Assembly (NCBI GenBank): GCA_963702435.1
Contig: CAVPCR010000005.1
Span: 474,688-538,687, forward strand
Direction of reading: 5' to 3'
Source: Candidatus Eiseniibacteriota bacterium
Lineage (GTDB): Bacteria > Eisenbacteria > RBG-16-71-46 > CAVPCR01
Length of the DNA stretch: 64,000 nucleotides
The notes beneath the pieces are model-generated. The model had not been told where the DNA came from. It saw nothing but the letters and a program-made list of their open reading frames with translations, and ran no database searches. Both the position numbers and the translations under genes were made by a program. Shown one piece after another: positions 18,945 through 28,434 of the stretch (its first letter is position 1; every line of letters begins with the position of its first letter).

Positions 18945-19550
18945 GTGAGAGCAACCTACCTGTTGGTTCTCGGACTCGTCGCATTCGTGGTCCTGGCCGC
19001 CTACTGGTTCACGCCGACCCCGGCGGTCGGCGCCGACGAGCCGGCCAAGGCCCCCGCGGCAGCGACCGGCAAGTTCGACTACGTCGGTTCGGCCAAGTGT
19101 GGGATGTGCCACAAGAGCGACGCCAAGGGCAACCAGCTCAAGGTGTGGCAGGCGAGCCCGCATGCCAAGGCGTATGCGACGCTCCAGGGCGAAGCGGCCA
19201 AGAAGATCGCCACGGAGAAGAAGCTGGCCAAGCCGGCCCACGAGTCGCCCGAGTGCCTGAAGTGCCATGCGACCGCGGCGATGACGGCCGCTCCGGCCAC
19301 CGCCAAGGTCAAGATGGACGAGGGCGTGAGCTGCGAGTCCTGCCACGGCCCGGGCAGCGCCTACCAGGCGATGAACGTCATGAAGGCGATCACGGCCGGC
19401 ACCCAGGACGTGAAGGCGGTCGGCTTCGTCAAGGCCGACGCGACGACCTGCACCAAGTGCCACAACGATCAGAGCCCGACCTTCAAGGGCTTCAAGTACG
19501 AAGAGTACGTGAAGAAGATCGCCCACCCGGATCCGACCCAGAAGAAGTAG
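18945..19550 (+). CDS. Tetraheme cytochrome c (c554-like family)
   Basis: GTG start behind an AAGGAGGAGGAAG SD, and signal LLVLGLVAFVVLAAYWF. Motifs CGMCH, CLKCH, CESCH and CTKCH. The context GSAKCGMCH...W..S.HA..Y is typical of the cytochrome c554/multiheme family. Confidence 0.8.
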   Translation: MRATYLLVLGLVAFVVLAAYWFTPTPAVGADEPAKAPAAATGKFDYVGSAKCGMCHKSDAKGNQLKVWQASPHAKAYATLQGEAAKKIATEKKLAKPAHESPECLKCHATAAMTAAPATAKVKMDEGVSCESCHGPGSAYQAMNVMKAITAGTQDVKAVGFVKADATTCTKCHNDQSPTFKGFKYEEYVKKIAHPDPTQKK

Positions 19551-19606
19551 GCAGATCCGGACGCTCGGCCCCCTCGGCGCGACTGGACACGGAAAGGGAG
19601 ACAGCA

Positions 19607-20956
19607 TTGAGAGCGCTGTGGAAGACCCTTAACTCGACCAGGTTCGTCATCATCCTGCTCATTCTCCTGGCGGTGGCGTCGATCGGCGGCATCGTGCTCG
19701 GCGAGAAGTTTCCCGTCGGGTTCTACGGGGCCGAGGAGCACTACCGCGCCAAGTACGGAGATCGCACCTTCGAGACGCTGGCCGCGCTGGGGGTCTTCCA
19801 GCCGTTCCGGTCGTTCTGGTTTCACACGCTCCTCACCCTGCTCTCGGCCAGCCTCGTGGCGTGCAGCGTGAGCCGTCTCCGCGTGACCGTGAAGACCGCC
19901 CTCGGCCTTCACTTCCGGCAGTCACCGGGGGAGCTCATGAGCTTGAAGCACCACGCGCGGCTGGCTCTCGCGGACGGTGCGAGCGCCGATGCCGAGAAGA
20001 TCGGCCGGGCGCTCCGCCGGCGCGGCTTCGCGGTGCGGCGAGCGCCGGGCTCCGAAAGCACGGCGCTCGCCGCATCCCGCGGCGGCCTGTCCCGGACCGG
20101 GCCCTATCTCACGCATGTGGGTCTCCTTCTCCTCATCTTCGGCGGCATGGCGAGCGGCATCCTCGGCCGCTCCGAGTGGGTGTGGCTCGAGCCCGGCGAG
20201 ACCTGGTCCGGGATGGGGAAGGACTTCTCGATCAAGCTCGCCCGCTTCGAGGTGCCGGCGAACGCGCGCGGCGAGATCATGCAGTTCAACTCGACGGTCG
20301 AGGTGACCGCCCCCGGCCGCGAGAGCTTCACCCAGACGATCGCGGTCAACCACCCGCTCCGCCTCGACGGAGTGAGCTTCTACCAGTCGTCGTACAAGAC
20401 CTTGCCCGGGAAGGTTGCGAGCCTGGATCTGAAGATCGGGGACCGCGTGGTGAGTGTCCCCTTCGACGCGCAGACCACGCTTCCTGACGGCCGCACGATC
20501 GCCGTCGACCAGTTCGTGGCCGACTTCCGCATGACGGCGGACGGCATCGTCTCGGCCTCCGATGAGCTCAGGAATCCCGCCGTGCGCGTCGTCCTCTACG
20601 AGGGCGGCGAGGCGGCCGGGGCCCGCTGGCTCTTTCTCCATCATCCGGAGTTCGCTCACGCCGGATCCGGCCTCGGCGATCTGAGCCTGGCCGGCGCCAC
20701 GCCCGTCTATTCAACCGGGCTCCAGGCCCGCACGAGCCCCGGGAGCCCCCCCATCTGGGCCGGCTTCGTGGTCGCCACCCTCGGTCTCATCTTCTCCTTC
20801 TATCTGACGCACCGGAAGGTGTGGGTCGTCCTCGAGCCCGGCGCCGTCTACCTGGCCGGTCTCACGAGCGGCAATCGCGACGCCTTCCGCCGCGAGTTCG
20901 CGGCGATCGAGAACGCGATCGCGGCGACCATCGAGCAGCAGAGGAAAGCAGCATGA
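19607..20956 (+). CDS. resB: Cytochrome c biogenesis protein ResB/Ccs1 (System II)
   Basis: TTG start after GGAAAGGGAG. The N-terminus LRALWKTLNSTRFVIILLILLAVASIGGIV...FQPFRSFWFHTLLTLLSASLVACS is characteristic of ResB, followed by a large periplasmic domain and a C-terminal TM. The upstream part of the 619-aa ORF overlaps the previous gene out of frame. Confidence 0.8.
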   Translation: MRALWKTLNSTRFVIILLILLAVASIGGIVLGEKFPVGFYGAEEHYRAKYGDRTFETLAALGVFQPFRSFWFHTLLTLLSASLVACSVSRLRVTVKTALGLHFRQSPGELMSLKHHARLALADGASADAEKIGRALRRRGFAVRRAPGSESTALAASRGGLSRTGPYLTHVGLLLLIFGGMASGILGRSEWVWLEPGETWSGMGKDFSIKLARFEVPANARGEIMQFNSTVEVTAPGRESFTQTIAVNHPLRLDGVSFYQSSYKTLPGKVASLDLKIGDRVVSVPFDAQTTLPDGRTIAVDQFVADFRMTADGIVSASDELRNPAVRVVLYEGGEAAGARWLFLHHPEFAHAGSGLGDLSLAGATPVYSTGLQARTSPGSPPIWAGFVVATLGLIFSFYLTHRKVWVVLEPGAVYLAGLTSGNRDAFRREFAAIENAIAATIEQQRKAA

Positions 20957-21762
20957 CGCCCGACGTTCATCTGTTCACCGTGAGCCTCTGGCTCTACCTG
21001 GCCGCTTTCGTCCTGTTCACGGCCTACTTCGCGCTCCGCCACGTGAGCCTCGGCCGGCTCGCTGCCGTCGTGCTCTTCGCCGGCGGCGGTTTCCAGACCG
21101 CGGGCCTCGGCCTGCGCTGGAACCTGGCCGGGCACATCCCGCTCTCGAACATGTTCGAGTACGCGACGGCGATGTCCTGGATGGCCGTGGTGTCATTCGG
21201 GCTGCTCCTCTGGCGCTACCGGAAGCTCGTGGTCGGCGTCTTCGTGGCGCCGCTCGTCTTCGCGCTCGTCGTCGCCGCCTCGATGCTGCCGAAGGACATC
21301 ACGCAGCAGCTCGTGCCGGCTCTCCAGAGCTACTGGCTCACGATCCACGTCTCGCTCGCCGCCCTCGGCGAGGGCGCCTTCGCCGTCGCCTTCGCGGTGA
21401 GCGTCATGTACCTCGTGACCGCGAGGCTCGGCGGCGGCGGCAAACGACGGCTGCCTTCTCCGGACCTGCTCGACGAGATCAACTACCGCGCGATCGCCAT
21501 CGGGTACCCGCTGTTCACGATCGGCGCCCTCTTCGCCGGCGCCATCTGGGCGCACAACGCCTGGGGCGCCTTCTGGAGCTGGGATCCGAAGGAAGTCGGG
21601 TCGCTCATCATCTGGCTCTTCTACACCGGCTACCTGCACGCCCGCCTGCAGCGCGACTGGCGCGGCACGCGCGCCGCCTGGATGTCGATCATCGGCTTCC
21701 TGATGACGGTGCTCTCCTTCGTCGGCAACATCTTCCTGGGCGGCAATCACGCCTACGGTTAG
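20953..21762 (+). CDS. ccsA: Cytochrome c assembly protein CcsA/ResC (System II heme lyase subunit)
   Basis: ATGA overlap with resB. Polytopic membrane protein with the W-rich heme-handling motif WAHNAWGAFWSWDPKE and conserved His residues. Confidence 0.85.
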   Translation: MTPDVHLFTVSLWLYLAAFVLFTAYFALRHVSLGRLAAVVLFAGGGFQTAGLGLRWNLAGHIPLSNMFEYATAMSWMAVVSFGLLLWRYRKLVVGVFVAPLVFALVVAASMLPKDITQQLVPALQSYWLTIHVSLAALGEGAFAVAFAVSVMYLVTARLGGGGKRRLPSPDLLDEINYRAIAIGYPLFTIGALFAGAIWAHNAWGAFWSWDPKEVGSLIIWLFYTGYLHARLQRDWRGTRAAWMSIIGFLMTVLSFVGNIFLGGNHAYG

Positions 21763-21851
21763 AGCCGGGCGCGCGCGGGCCGGCCGGGATGCCGGCCCGC
21801 TCCTCTCGGCAGCTCGAGCCGGCGCTGCGAACCCGGCCCTGGAGATCGGAC

Positions 21852-22970
21852 ATGGATCGCGCTCGTTTGCGCCGCCCGCGCCGCGCGAGACTCGCTCTCG
21901 CCGCGCGCGGGCTTCTTCTGGTCGCCGCCGTTCTCGCGGCAGCGGGCGCCGGCTGCCAGCGCTCGGCCCGGGAGAAGGCGCCGGCCACGGTGAACTGGGA
22001 AGCGGATAACCCGGTCGTTCCCCTGCCCACGCCCCCGCTCGGCGTCGAGGCCGACTTCTCGGCGCTCGAGTTCGTGACGCCGGAGAAGGTGCGACTCGGG
22101 AGGTGGCTCTTCTACGATCCGCGGCTGTCGAGCGACGGCCGGGTGTCGTGCGCCACCTGCCACCGCCCGGAGAACGCCTTCTCCGAGCCGACCCCCCATT
22201 CGACGGGGGTCGGCGGGCAGATCGGAACGCGGAAGTCTCCCACCTTCGTCAACGGAGCCTGGCCCCTCTACGACCACTTCTTCTGGGACGGGCGCGCGCG
22301 CTCCCTCATCGAACAGGCGCAAGGACCGATGGCGAACCCGGCCGAGATGGGCAGCACGCACGAGGTCGTGGTCTCGACGGTGAGCGGGATCGCCGGCTAC
22401 CGGCGGATGTTCGCCGCGGTCTACAGCGACGAGACGATCGACATCGATCGCATCGCGGAATCGCTTGCCGCCTACGAGGCGACCCGCCTCTCCGGCAACT
22501 CGCCCTGGGACCGCTACGAGAACGGCGATCGCTCGGCGCTCTCACCCGCGGCGAAGCTCGGGGCCGAGCTCTTCTACGGCCGGGCCGAGTGCAGCCAGTG
22601 TCACGTCGGCTGGAACTTCACCGATTCCAAGTTCCACAATCTCGGGATCGGCTGGGATCAGGCGGCCGGAGTCTTCGCCGACTCGGGACGCGTCCGCGTG
22701 AGCGGCTTGCCCGAGGACACGGGCGCATTCAAGACGCCCACGCTCCGCGAGGTGACGAAGCACGCCCCCTACATGCACGACGGGTCGGTCGGCACGCTCG
22801 CCGAGACGGTCGAGCACTACAACCGCGGTGGGACGCCGAACCCGCACCTGAGCCCGAAGGTCCGCCCGCTCGGTCTCTCTCCGCGCGAGGTGGAGGCCCT
22901 CGTCGCCTTCATGCAGGCGCTCGACGGCGAGGGATATCTGGATACGCCGCCCGGGTCGTTCCCGCAGTAA
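21852..22970 (+). CDS. Diheme cytochrome c peroxidase (CCP/MauG family), lipoprotein
   Basis: Lipobox AAAGAGC. Motifs CATCHRPENAFSEP and CSQCHVGWNFTD, plus FKTPTLREVTKHAPYMHDGS, are hallmarks of bacterial CCP. Confidence 0.9.
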   Translation: MDRARLRRPRRARLALAARGLLLVAAVLAAAGAGCQRSAREKAPATVNWEADNPVVPLPTPPLGVEADFSALEFVTPEKVRLGRWLFYDPRLSSDGRVSCATCHRPENAFSEPTPHSTGVGGQIGTRKSPTFVNGAWPLYDHFFWDGRARSLIEQAQGPMANPAEMGSTHEVVVSTVSGIAGYRRMFAAVYSDETIDIDRIAESLAAYEATRLSGNSPWDRYENGDRSALSPAAKLGAELFYGRAECSQCHVGWNFTDSKFHNLGIGWDQAAGVFADSGRVRVSGLPEDTGAFKTPTLREVTKHAPYMHDGSVGTLAETVEHYNRGGTPNPHLSPKVRPLGLSPREVEALVAFMQALDGEGYLDTPPGSFPQ

Positions 22971-22972
22971 GG

Positions 22973-23040
22973 GGCGCCGCGAGCAGAGCGGTGCGGCGCG
23001 GGTGGCTCTCCGCGCCGGCGAGCGGCGCGCTCGCGGCGCC
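22973..23040. terminator. Long GC-rich hairpin between convergent genes (candidate bidirectional terminator)
   Basis: The outer arms GGCGCCGCGAGC (22973-22984) and GCTCGCGGCGCC (23029-23040) are perfect complements. There is an inner pair CGGCGCGG/CCGCGCCG. There is no U-tract. Confidence 0.4.
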
Positions 23041-23047
23041 GCCCGCG

Positions 23048-23467
23048 CTACGACAGGAACCGGACCTTGATCTCGCCCCAGGTCTGATTCCTGATGTGAC
23101 CGGCGAACCCGCCGCGCGCCTCCGGCGACTCCCGGCACCAGCGCGCGACCGCGGCCCGGAAGGCCGGATGCCGCGTCGTCAGGCAACCCGCCGTGCGGAG
23201 CGCCGCGCGCTCCGGCGCCGGCAGGGCGAGAATGAGCGTGTGCACATCATCGGGATCCGTGATCCGCGCGATCTCGATGCCGCCCACCTCGAGCACGAGC
23301 GGCGGCACGGCGTACTCCGGACGCACGGCCGCGGGGGCGAGCGGCCGCTCACCCGAGCAGCCGGCACCGAGGATAGAGGTGAGGAGCGGGAGAATCGCGG
23401 CGCGGAGAACGAGCCCGCGCCACGCGGGCGTACGGGACAACGTGCAAGAGCGGTCCGAGCGAGGCAT
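23048..23467 (-). CDS. Hypothetical lipoprotein
   Basis: 139 aa from ATG 23467. The signal plus lipobox is WRGLVLRAAILPLLTSILGAGCSG. No family is recognised, and the upstream part of ORF 23048..23773 is discarded. Confidence 0.45.
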   Translation of the reverse strand: MPRSDRSCTLSRTPAWRGLVLRAAILPLLTSILGAGCSGERPLAPAAVRPEYAVPPLVLEVGGIEIARITDPDDVHTLILALPAPERAALRTAGCLTTRHPAFRAAVARWCRESPEARGGFAGHIRNQTWGEIKVRFLS

Positions 23468-23756
23468 TGGCCACCTCCGGAACTGCACATGATGGTCGCC
23501 GCGGGTCGCCTCGGATCGGAAAGCAAGTCCCGGGCCAGACCGGACATGACGGCGCTCGGGGCCTGGACCGCAGCAGGCCACTGGATCGGGACGCCGCCGT
23601 GTCGCGCCGCCGACAGCGCGTCGGCTCCGGCCCACGGGAGTCACGCGCAGCACGGCTCGCCTTCCACGCGGTAACGTGGTGTGATATCCGGGCGCCACGA
23701 CGCGAGGAATCGAGCCGGCGCTGCGTTGCCGCCCGGGGCGCACGACCGCTGGAGGA

Positions 23757-24461
23757 GTGGAACCGATGGCCACGGTCGGACTGGTCGGCGGGCTGGGTCC
23801 GGAATCGACGATCGACTACTACCGCCGCATTCTCGAGCTGTGGGAGAAGGAGAATCCTTCCACCGCCCCCTCGGTCGTCATCGACAGCCTCGATGTGCGC
23901 CGGGCTCTCCGCCTGGTCGCCGAGGACAAGGGCGCGCTGACCGAGTACCTGTCGGAATCGCTCCGCCGGCTCGCGGGAGCGGGGGTCGACTTCGCCGCGA
24001 TCACCGCCAATACGCCCCACATCGTGTTCGACGACCTCGCGGCGCGCTCACCGGTGCCCCTGGTAAGCATCGTGGACGCATGCGCCCGCCATGTGCGCGA
24101 GCGCGGCCTCGTCCGCCTGGCGCTCCTCGGCACGCGGTTCACCATGGAGGCCCCCTTCTATCCCACGGTGTGCGCGCGCCACGGCATCGCCGTCATCAGT
24201 CCCGATGCGTCGGAGCGGGCCTGGGTTCACGAGCGGTACGTGGGGGAGCTCTTGCGGGGCGACTTCCGCGATGACACCCGGCGGCTGTTCATCTCGCTCA
24301 TCGACCGTCTTCGGGAGCGGGAAGCCGTCGACGGAGTCATCCTCGCGGGGACCGAGCTGCCCTTGCTCCTGTCCACGCCCGTGATCGCCGGGCTTCCCGC
24401 GCTCGACACCACGGCGCTGCATGTCGCCGCGATCGTCGCGCGGATGCGACTCCTCGAGTGA
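23757..24461 (+). CDS. Aspartate/glutamate racemase family protein
   Basis: The N-terminus VGLVGGLGPESTIDYYRRI and the second half-domain GVILAGTELPLL match the Asp/Glu/hydantoin racemase fold. Confidence 0.8.
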   Translation: MEPMATVGLVGGLGPESTIDYYRRILELWEKENPSTAPSVVIDSLDVRRALRLVAEDKGALTEYLSESLRRLAGAGVDFAAITANTPHIVFDDLAARSPVPLVSIVDACARHVRERGLVRLALLGTRFTMEAPFYPTVCARHGIAVISPDASERAWVHERYVGELLRGDFRDDTRRLFISLIDRLREREAVDGVILAGTELPLLLSTPVIAGLPALDTTALHVAAIVARMRLLE

Positions 24462-24465
24462 GCCC

Positions 24466-26571
24466 TCAGCGCCGTGCTGCGGCCACGGCCTCGAGCTCGG
24501 CCAGCATCACGGCGGCATCGCTCGTCGGCAGCCGGCAGGCATGGTCGCGGCAAACATAGGCTAGTCCCCCCTCGCCCGCCGGCGCATGGGCGGCGAGGAA
24601 AGGAGCGAGCTCCGCCAGTCGGGCGCCCGCCGCGCCGCCGGGATGGAGCGCGGCGACCACATGCGGCAGGAAGCGCCGGTCGAGCGCCGCCCGGAACGCC
24701 ATGATCGCGGGATGCTCCGGCTTTCCGGCGAGGACCACCTCGGCACCCGGCCCGTGCGCGAAATCGAGCGCGATGAGCATCTGCGGGAAGGCGAGGGGGC
24801 TCGCCTCGAGGACCCCGGCGAAGGCGTTCACGATGTCGCGCCCCGCGGCCGCGAGCTCCGGATCCGCGAGGAGCGCGCCGAGCCGGAGGAGAACGAGCGC
24901 CGCGATCGCGTTTCCCGAGGGGACGGCGCCGTCGTAGACCTCCTTGGTGCGGACGAGAAGGCTCTCGCCGTCGCTCGCGCTGAAGAAGAGACCGCCGTCC
25001 TTCTCGTCGTGAAACAGGCGCAGCATGTCGCGGGCGAGCGCGCGCGCCTGCTCTAGGTGGAGGGGATCGAAGGTCGCCGCGTAGAGCTCGAGAAGCCCGT
25101 GGGCGAGGAAGGCGTGATCGTCGAGATAGGCGGGAATCGCCGCCTCGCCGTCGCGGTACCGGCGGAGGAGCCGGCCATCGGCCCGCCGGAGCTTGGTCGC
25201 GATGAACGCGGCGGCCCGCTCGGCCGCGCTCATGTACTCCGGCACACCGAGGATGCGTCCGGCGGCGGCCATGGTGCCGATCATGAGCCCGTTCCAGTCG
25301 GTCAGGATCTTGTCGTCGCGGTGCGGCCGGATGCGCTGATTGCGTGTTGCCAGGAGCGCCCCGCGCGCACGGTCGAGGCGCGCGGCGAGCGCGGCCTCCG
25401 TGCTTCCCTGCGCCGCGGCCACGGCGGAAAGCGGGCGCGGCAGGTGCAGGATGCTGCTCCCATGCTCGAAATTTCCCTGGGCGGTCACTCCATACACGGC
25501 GCCAAAGAAGTCGCCCTCCTCGCGCCCGAGGACGGTCTGGATCTCCTCCGGCGTGAAGACGTAGAACTTCCCCTCCTCCCCCTCCGAGTCGGCATCCTCG
25601 GCCGCATAGAAGCCGCCCTCGGGCGAGGTGAGGTCGCGGAGCACGTAGTCGAGGGTGCGGCGGGCGACCCGGGCGTACTCCTCCTTCCCCGTGACCTGAT
25701 GGGCCTCGAGATACGTGCGCGCGAGCAGCGCCTGGTCGTAGAGCATCTTCTCGAAATGCGGGACCAGCCAGCGCTCGTCGGTCGAGTAGCGATGGAAGCC
25801 GCCGCCCAGGTGATCCTGGAGGCCGCCGCGCGCCATGCGGTCGAGCGTCACCTCGACCATGCCGAGGGTGTCCGGATCGCCGCTCCGCGCGTGCGCCGCG
25901 AGGAGGAAGGAGAGCCCGTGGCTTCGCGGGAACTTGGGAGCAGGACCGAATCCGCCGTGGACCGCGTCGAAACGCGCCCGCGACTGCTCGACGCCGCGCT
26001 GGATTGTCGCCGCGCCGAGCGGCGCCTTGGCGGCCGTGTGCGCCGCCCTGCTCTGCTCCTCGACGTGGGCCATGAGCTTGGCGGCGGAGTCGAGGATCTC
26101 CGCGCGCCGCGTCCGCCAGGTATCGGCGAGCGCGATCAGGATGCGGCGGAACCCGGGGCGGCCGTAGCGATCGTCCGGCGGAAAGTAGGTGCCCCCCCAG
26201 AACGGGCGGCCGTCCGCGGCGAGAAAGGCCGAGAGCGGCCAGCCGCCCTGGCCGGTCATGATCTGGATCGCCTGCATGTAGACCTGGTCCACATCCGGCC
26301 GCTCCTCGCGATCCACCTTGATCGGCACATAGAGCGCATTGAGGAGCGCGGCGGTCTCCTCGTCCTCGAACGACTCCCGCTCCATCACATGGCACCAGTG
26401 ACAGGTCGAGTAGCCGATCGAGAGGAAGACGGGCTTGTCCTCCGCCCGGGCCCTGGCGAACGCCTCCTCGCCCCACGGGAACCAGTCCACCGGATTGTGC
26501 GCGTGCTGGAGGAGATAGGGGCTCTTCTCGTGGATCAGTCGGTTCGGAGTCCGATCGGCCTGGCTGGACAT
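24466..26571 (-). CDS. Thioredoxin-domain protein (DUF255/YyaL-like) with an (alpha/alpha)6 barrel
   Basis: [59 protein letters not shown] is the hallmark N-terminus of this family. About 700 aa. ATG 26571 (MSSQADR) is preferred over 26607. Confidence 0.85.
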   Translation of the reverse strand: MSSQADRTPNRLIHEKSPYLLQHAHNPVDWFPWGEEAFARARAEDKPVFLSIGYSTCHWCHVMERESFEDEETAALLNALYVPIKVDREERPDVDQVYMQAIQIMTGQGGWPLSAFLAADGRPFWGGTYFPPDDRYGRPGFRRILIALADTWRTRRAEILDSAAKLMAHVEEQSRAAHTAAKAPLGAATIQRGVEQSRARFDAVHGGFGPAPKFPRSHGLSFLLAAHARSGDPDTLGMVEVTLDRMARGGLQDHLGGGFHRYSTDERWLVPHFEKMLYDQALLARTYLEAHQVTGKEEYARVARRTLDYVLRDLTSPEGGFYAAEDADSEGEEGKFYVFTPEEIQTVLGREEGDFFGAVYGVTAQGNFEHGSSILHLPRPLSAVAAAQGSTEAALAARLDRARGALLATRNQRIRPHRDDKILTDWNGLMIGTMAAAGRILGVPEYMSAAERAAAFIATKLRRADGRLLRRYRDGEAAIPAYLDDHAFLAHGLLELYAATFDPLHLEQARALARDMLRLFHDEKDGGLFFSASDGESLLVRTKEVYDGAVPSGNAIAALVLLRLGALLADPELAAAGRDIVNAFAGVLEASPLAFPQMLIALDFAHGPGAEVVLAGKPEHPAIMAFRAALDRRFLPHVVAALHPGGAAGARLAELAPFLAAHAPAGEGGLAYVCRDHACRLPTSDAAVMLAELEAVAAARR

Positions 26572-26667
26572 GGCGTGGATTCCCCGGCGCGAACGCCTCG
26601 AGCGCAAAACGAAGGCGCCAGGCGCGGGACTCCGGGCGGAGTCGCGGGCCTGGCGCGCGGCGGGTCG

Positions 26668-27324
26668 TTACTTGCCGGCGGCTTCTGTGGTCTTCTGCAC
26701 CGCCTCGATCGCGATCTCGACCGCGACGTCGTCACCGAGCAGGGTACCACCCTGGTCGAACGTCTTGTTCCACTCGATGCCGAAGTCCTTGCGGTTGATG
26801 GTCGTCGACGCCGTGAACCCGGCGCGCTTGGCGCCCCCGGGGCCGGCCATGGTGCCGCCGACCTCGCCGGTGAGCGTGACCGGCCTGGTCACCCCGTGCA
26901 TGGTGAGGTCGCCTTCCACCGCGAGCTTCTTGCCGTCGATCTTGACCGCCCGTGACTTGAAGCGCATCTCCGGATTCTTGCCGACATCGAAGAAGTCTGG
27001 ACTCTGGAGATGGCCGTCGCGCTTGGCGTCGTTGGTATCGATGCTCGCGGGATCAATCGTGACCTCGACGCTCGAGGCCGCCGGATTCGCCTCATCGTGA
27101 ACGATGGTGCCCGCGAACTTGTTGAACTGCCCCGAGACCCGGCCGACCAGATGGCGGATCTGGAACCCGACGTGGGAGTGGGAGACATCGATCTCGTACG
27201 TCTCGGGCGTGGCCTGGGCGGGCCGCGGGCCCGCCACCGGAAGCGGCGCCGTGCCGAGCAGAAGGGCCGCCAGCAGCGCCAGGGCGCCCGCGGGGCGAGC
27301 CAGGAAGGGGCGAATGGAAGCCAA
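26668..27324 (-). CDS. YceI family periplasmic protein (copy 1)
   Basis: TTG start with an AAGGAGA SD. Signal ASIRPFLARPAGALALLAALLLG. YEID.SHS.VGF.I.HL.V..V.G.F..F and TMHGVT motifs of YceI. Confidence 0.85.
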   Translation of the reverse strand: MASIRPFLARPAGALALLAALLLGTAPLPVAGPRPAQATPETYEIDVSHSHVGFQIRHLVGRVSGQFNKFAGTIVHDEANPAASSVEVTIDPASIDTNDAKRDGHLQSPDFFDVGKNPEMRFKSRAVKIDGKKLAVEGDLTMHGVTRPVTLTGEVGGTMAGPGGAKRAGFTASTTINRKDFGIEWNKTFDQGGTLLGDDVAVEIAIEAVQKTTEAAGK

Positions 27325-27510
27325 GAGCGTATCTCCTTCGCGAAATGGGTGGAAAACGTGGATTGCGGGGGCCCGATTCGACTCCTTGGACCCCAAGGGC
27401 CGGAGGCCGACTGTCCTGCTACTGACTAGGACAGCGCCAACGGCGCCGGCGTTTGTAAACAACATATGAAGAGACGGGAGGGTCGGTGCCGGGCCCCACA
27501 CGCGGCGGCC

Positions 27511-27573
27511 CTAGGGTGCGGTCTCCACCGCGGCCAACGGCCGGTAGGCCATGCCGAGCTCGGTCAACGCGAT
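27511..27573 (-). pseudogene. Duplicated fragment of the 3' end of the S9 peptidase gene (last ~20 codons plus stop)
   Basis: It reads IALTELGMAYRPLAAVETAP*, versus the genuine C-terminus FLVTELGVAYRPVAGAEGAETAP* ending at 28435. The flanking ggcggccctaggg is identical at both sites. This marks the edge of a ~925-bp tandem duplication. Confidence 0.6.
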
Positions 27574-27594
27574 CTACCTGGCGCCGCCGGTCTC

Positions 27595-28260
27595 CTATGT
27601 CTTCAGCACCGCCTCGATCGCGATCTCAACTTCGACGTCCTTGTCCAGGAGCGTGCCGCCCTCGTAGCTCTTGGTGGTCGAGGCCTTCGGTGGATTGGCC
27701 TGATCGAACGTCTTGTTCCACTGGACACCGAAGTCCTCGCGGTTGATCGTGGTCGCCACCGTGAACCCGGCGCGCTTGGCCTCGCCGGAGCCCTGCACGA
27801 TGCCGCCGACCTCGCCGGTGAGCGCGACCGGCTTGGTCACCCCGTGCATGGTGAGATCGCCTTCCACCGAGAGCTTCGCGCCGTCGATCTTGATCGCCCG
27901 CGACTTGAACCGCATTTCCGGATAGGTGGCGACATCGAAGAAGTCGGGGCTCCGGAGATGGCCGTCGCGCTTCGCGTCGTTGGTGTCGATGCTCGCCGGA
28001 TCGATCGTGACCTCGACACTGGAGGCCGCCGGGTTTTCCTCATCGTAGACGACGGTGCCCGCAAACTTGTTGAACTGCCCGGAGACCTTGCCGACGAGGT
28101 GGCCGATCCGGAATCCGACATAGGAGTGAGACTGGTCGATCTCGTACGTGTCGGGAGCCGCCTGGGCGGGACGCAGGCCGGCGACCGGAAGCGGCGCGGC
28201 GCCGAGAAGGAGTGCGAACGCGAACGCGGGGCGAGCAAAGAAGGGGCGAGTGGAATTCAA
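27595..28260 (-). CDS. YceI family periplasmic protein (copy 2)
   Basis: TTG start with a GAGGGAGA SD. It appears ~80% identical by eye to copy 1, with a 12-aa insertion (ANPPKASTTKSYE) near the C-terminus. Confidence 0.85.
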   Translation of the reverse strand: MNSTRPFFARPAFAFALLLGAAPLPVAGLRPAQAAPDTYEIDQSHSYVGFRIGHLVGKVSGQFNKFAGTVVYDEENPAASSVEVTIDPASIDTNDAKRDGHLRSPDFFDVATYPEMRFKSRAIKIDGAKLSVEGDLTMHGVTKPVALTGEVGGIVQGSGEAKRAGFTVATTINREDFGVQWNKTFDQANPPKASTTKSYEGGTLLDKDVEVEIAIEAVLKT

Positions 28261-28434
28261 AAGGCTTGTTCTCCCTCGATGGATGGAAGCAGGGGGCCGA
28301 CTCGGCGCCCGAGGCCACGCCGGCATGCAGCCGGCTGTCCCGACGTTGTTTGGGACAACCGCACCCGGCTGGCGGTCGCAGACTATACCTCGAGTCGGAC
28401 GGAGGATGTGATCCCGGTGCCGAGCCCGGCGGCC

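Noticed and set aside
24227-26476. 749-aa minus-strand ORF overlapping the thioredoxin-domain gene
   Set aside because: It is an alternative frame of the same strand. The product is Arg/Gly/Pro-rich with no motifs, while the 24466..26571 frame carries the unmistakable DUF255/thioredoxin N-terminus.
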